In this document: piece after piece, positions 61,951-64,000 of the stretch
How positions within the stretch are numbered: position 1 is the stretch's first letter
Layout of the letters: each line of letters starts with the position of its first letter
Assembly: GCF_004010195.1 (NCBI RefSeq)
Contig: NC_057754.1
Span: 8,465,023 to 8,529,022 of the forward strand
From: Chiloscyllium plagiosum
Taxonomy: Eukaryota
DNA: 64,000 bases
Direction: 5' to 3'
Notes under the pieces: model-generated
Database searches by the model: none
Told to the model about the DNA's origin: nothing
The model's input: the letters and a program-made list of their open reading frames with translations, nothing else
Made by a program: the position numbers and the translations under genes

Positions 61951-63364
61951 AGTAAGATTCAAACTCAGAACAATTCCAGTCAATTCAGATTAATACTCAA
62001 AATGTTTCCAATCTGATCAGATCCAAATTCTTAATAATTCTGGTCCTGTCAAAATCACACTCAGTATAATTCCAGCCTAGTCAGACACATGCTCAGTATG
62101 ATTCCTGTCTGGACAGATACATACTCAGAATGAATACATTCTAGTCAGACAGACGCTCAAAATGATTCCAGGCTAGTCAGATACACACTCAGTATGATTC
62201 CGGTCTAGTCGGATAATTACTAGGTACAGTTTCGGCCCAGTCAGATACACATTCTGCATGATTCCATTCAAGTCAGACAGACTTCATTCCAATCTAGTCA
62301 GATACACATTCAGTATGATTCTGGTCTAGTCAGATGCAGACTTGTAGTTGGAGCTCGGCCTAGTCAGATACATGCTCAGTACGATTCCTGCCAAGTCAGA
62401 TACACACTAAGTATGATTCCGGCCTAGACACATACACACTCAGTGTGATGCCGTTCTAAACAGACACACACTCAGAACGATTTCAGCCTAGTCAGACACA
62501 AACTCAGTCTGAATCCATTCCAGTCAGACACATGCTCAAAATGATTCCAGTCTAGTCAGATACGTACTTAGTATGATTCTGGTCTAGTCAGATACACACT
62601 CAGTATGATTCCAGTCAAGTCAGATACACACGCAGTCTGAAACCTCTAGTCAGACAGACGCTCAAAATGATTCCAGTCTAGTCAGATACACATGAAGAAT
62701 GATTCAGGTCGAGTCAGGTGCACACTCAGAATGATTTCGGTCTAGTCAGATACACAATTTTACATGGAGTTCAACCTCATCAGATATACACTCAGAAGGA
62801 TTACGGCCTCGTCACATACACAATCAGTCTGAATCCATTCTAGTCAGGCAGACGCTCAAAATGATTTCGGTATAGTCAGATACACACTCAGTATGATTCC
62901 AGCCTAGACACATACGCACTCAGTATAATTCCGGTCCAGACAGACACACACTCCGTACGATTTCGGCCTAGTCAGATACACACTCAGTATGAATCCATTC
63001 CAGTCAACGTCATACTCAGCATGATTCTGGCCTAGTCAGATGCACACTCAGTATGATTTCAACCTAATCAGAAACACACTCATTATGGTTCCGGCCTAGT
63101 CAGATCCACACTTAGTATGGTTCTGGTCTATTCAGATACACACTCAGAATGATTCCGGTCTAGTCAGTTATACACTCAGTATGATTCCAGTCTAGTCAGA
63201 TAGACACTCTCAGTATGAGTTCGAGATAGTCAGATATATGCTCAGTATGATTCCATCCTAGTCCGATACGCACTCAGTATGATTTCAGCCTAGACACATA
63301 CACACTCAGAATGATTCCAGCCCAGTCAGATACACACTCAGTATGAAATCATTCTAGTCAGACA
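61951..63364. repeat. 32-bp tandem array (~44 units)
   Basis: Consensus CACACTCAGTATGATTCC(A/G)GTCTAGTCAGATA. Confidence 0.95.
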
Positions 63365-64000
63365 TGTGGGATATAGATGAATTAATGTTATTTCTGCAAC
63401 TATAAATTCTGATACAGAACAAGAATGAGGAAATATATATATATCCAGCTAAAAAAATGATATGTTAGCATGAGACATGATTATAGAACAATGGTAGATG
63501 TATAGGCAAACAGGAAAAAAACTATAAATTCTGATACAGAACAAGAATGAGGAAATATATATATCCAGCTAAAAAAATGATATGTTAGCATGAGACATGA
63601 TTATAGAACAATGGTAGATGTATAGGCAAACAGGAAAAACATCTGTTTCCCACTTGTACAGAGACACAGGAACAAACCCCAATTAAAAGGGCTTAGTGAT
63701 AAGATGCTGAGGGGCAGCGCAGATGGAGGGAGTAGATAATGGTTAGCAAAGGATGGGATGACGTCAAACAACCTTATGGGGGGCCAGAGATAGGCATTTG
63801 TCACGGACAAGACTGGATAAACAGAAGTTGTGGGATCGGTCTTAAGGAAATGAATGACGTAAGCGGAGGATGGGGGCAAACAATGAAATAAGAAAAAATA
63901 TGGGGATTCAAACTGTATAAATTTCGAGAGTTTGTTGGATTTGATGTGCATTTGTCATTGTCTTACCTGGTATTAGACATTGCGCCCACTTGCAAGTGTA
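63365..64000 (+). mobile_element. Possible LTR (U3-like) with 122-bp tandem duplication, running off the window
   Basis: Starts with TG abruptly after the satellite. 63398-63519 is repeated at 63520-63639. TGACGTCA at ~63760 and TGTATAAA at ~63914. Confidence 0.4.

Noticed and set aside
58131..63364. CRISPR-like array
   Set aside because: The units are contiguous with no unique spacers, there are no cas genes, and the context is eukaryotic. These are satellites.

Overview
Eukaryotic, repeat-dense vertebrate DNA with no prokaryotic features and a 564-nt assembly gap (22053-22616). The repeat inventory (HE1-like V-SINEs with (TAATC)n tails, abundant CR1 LINEs, Penelope pLTRs) points to a cartilaginous fish, probably an orectolobiform shark (inference). 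The host content is a small cluster of three paralogous C2H2 zinc-finger genes with no visible effector domain: one intact with 8 fingers, one with 7 intact fingers but no usable ATG, and one frameshifted. Three CpG-rich promoter-like islands accompany them. The rest is mostly transposon-derived: many CR1 fragments, two tRNA-derived SINE families, a pogo/Tigger-like MITE, solo LTRs, four Penelope-like families carrying minimal hammerhead ribozyme motifs (often as fold-back palindromes), and a decayed Gmr1-type Ty3/Gypsy element with PR-IN-RT order and a SCAN-like capsid region. A 26-bp satellite array sits inside a 32-bp array near the right end. Most notable are the hammerhead-bearing Penelope fold-backs (one of which copied its own flank), the Gmr1/SCAN-like element beside SCAN-less ZNF genes, at least 7 short in-place micro-inversions, a five-level nested insertion, and the apparent birth of one satellite from another. 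Repeat boundaries were read by eye and are approximate.
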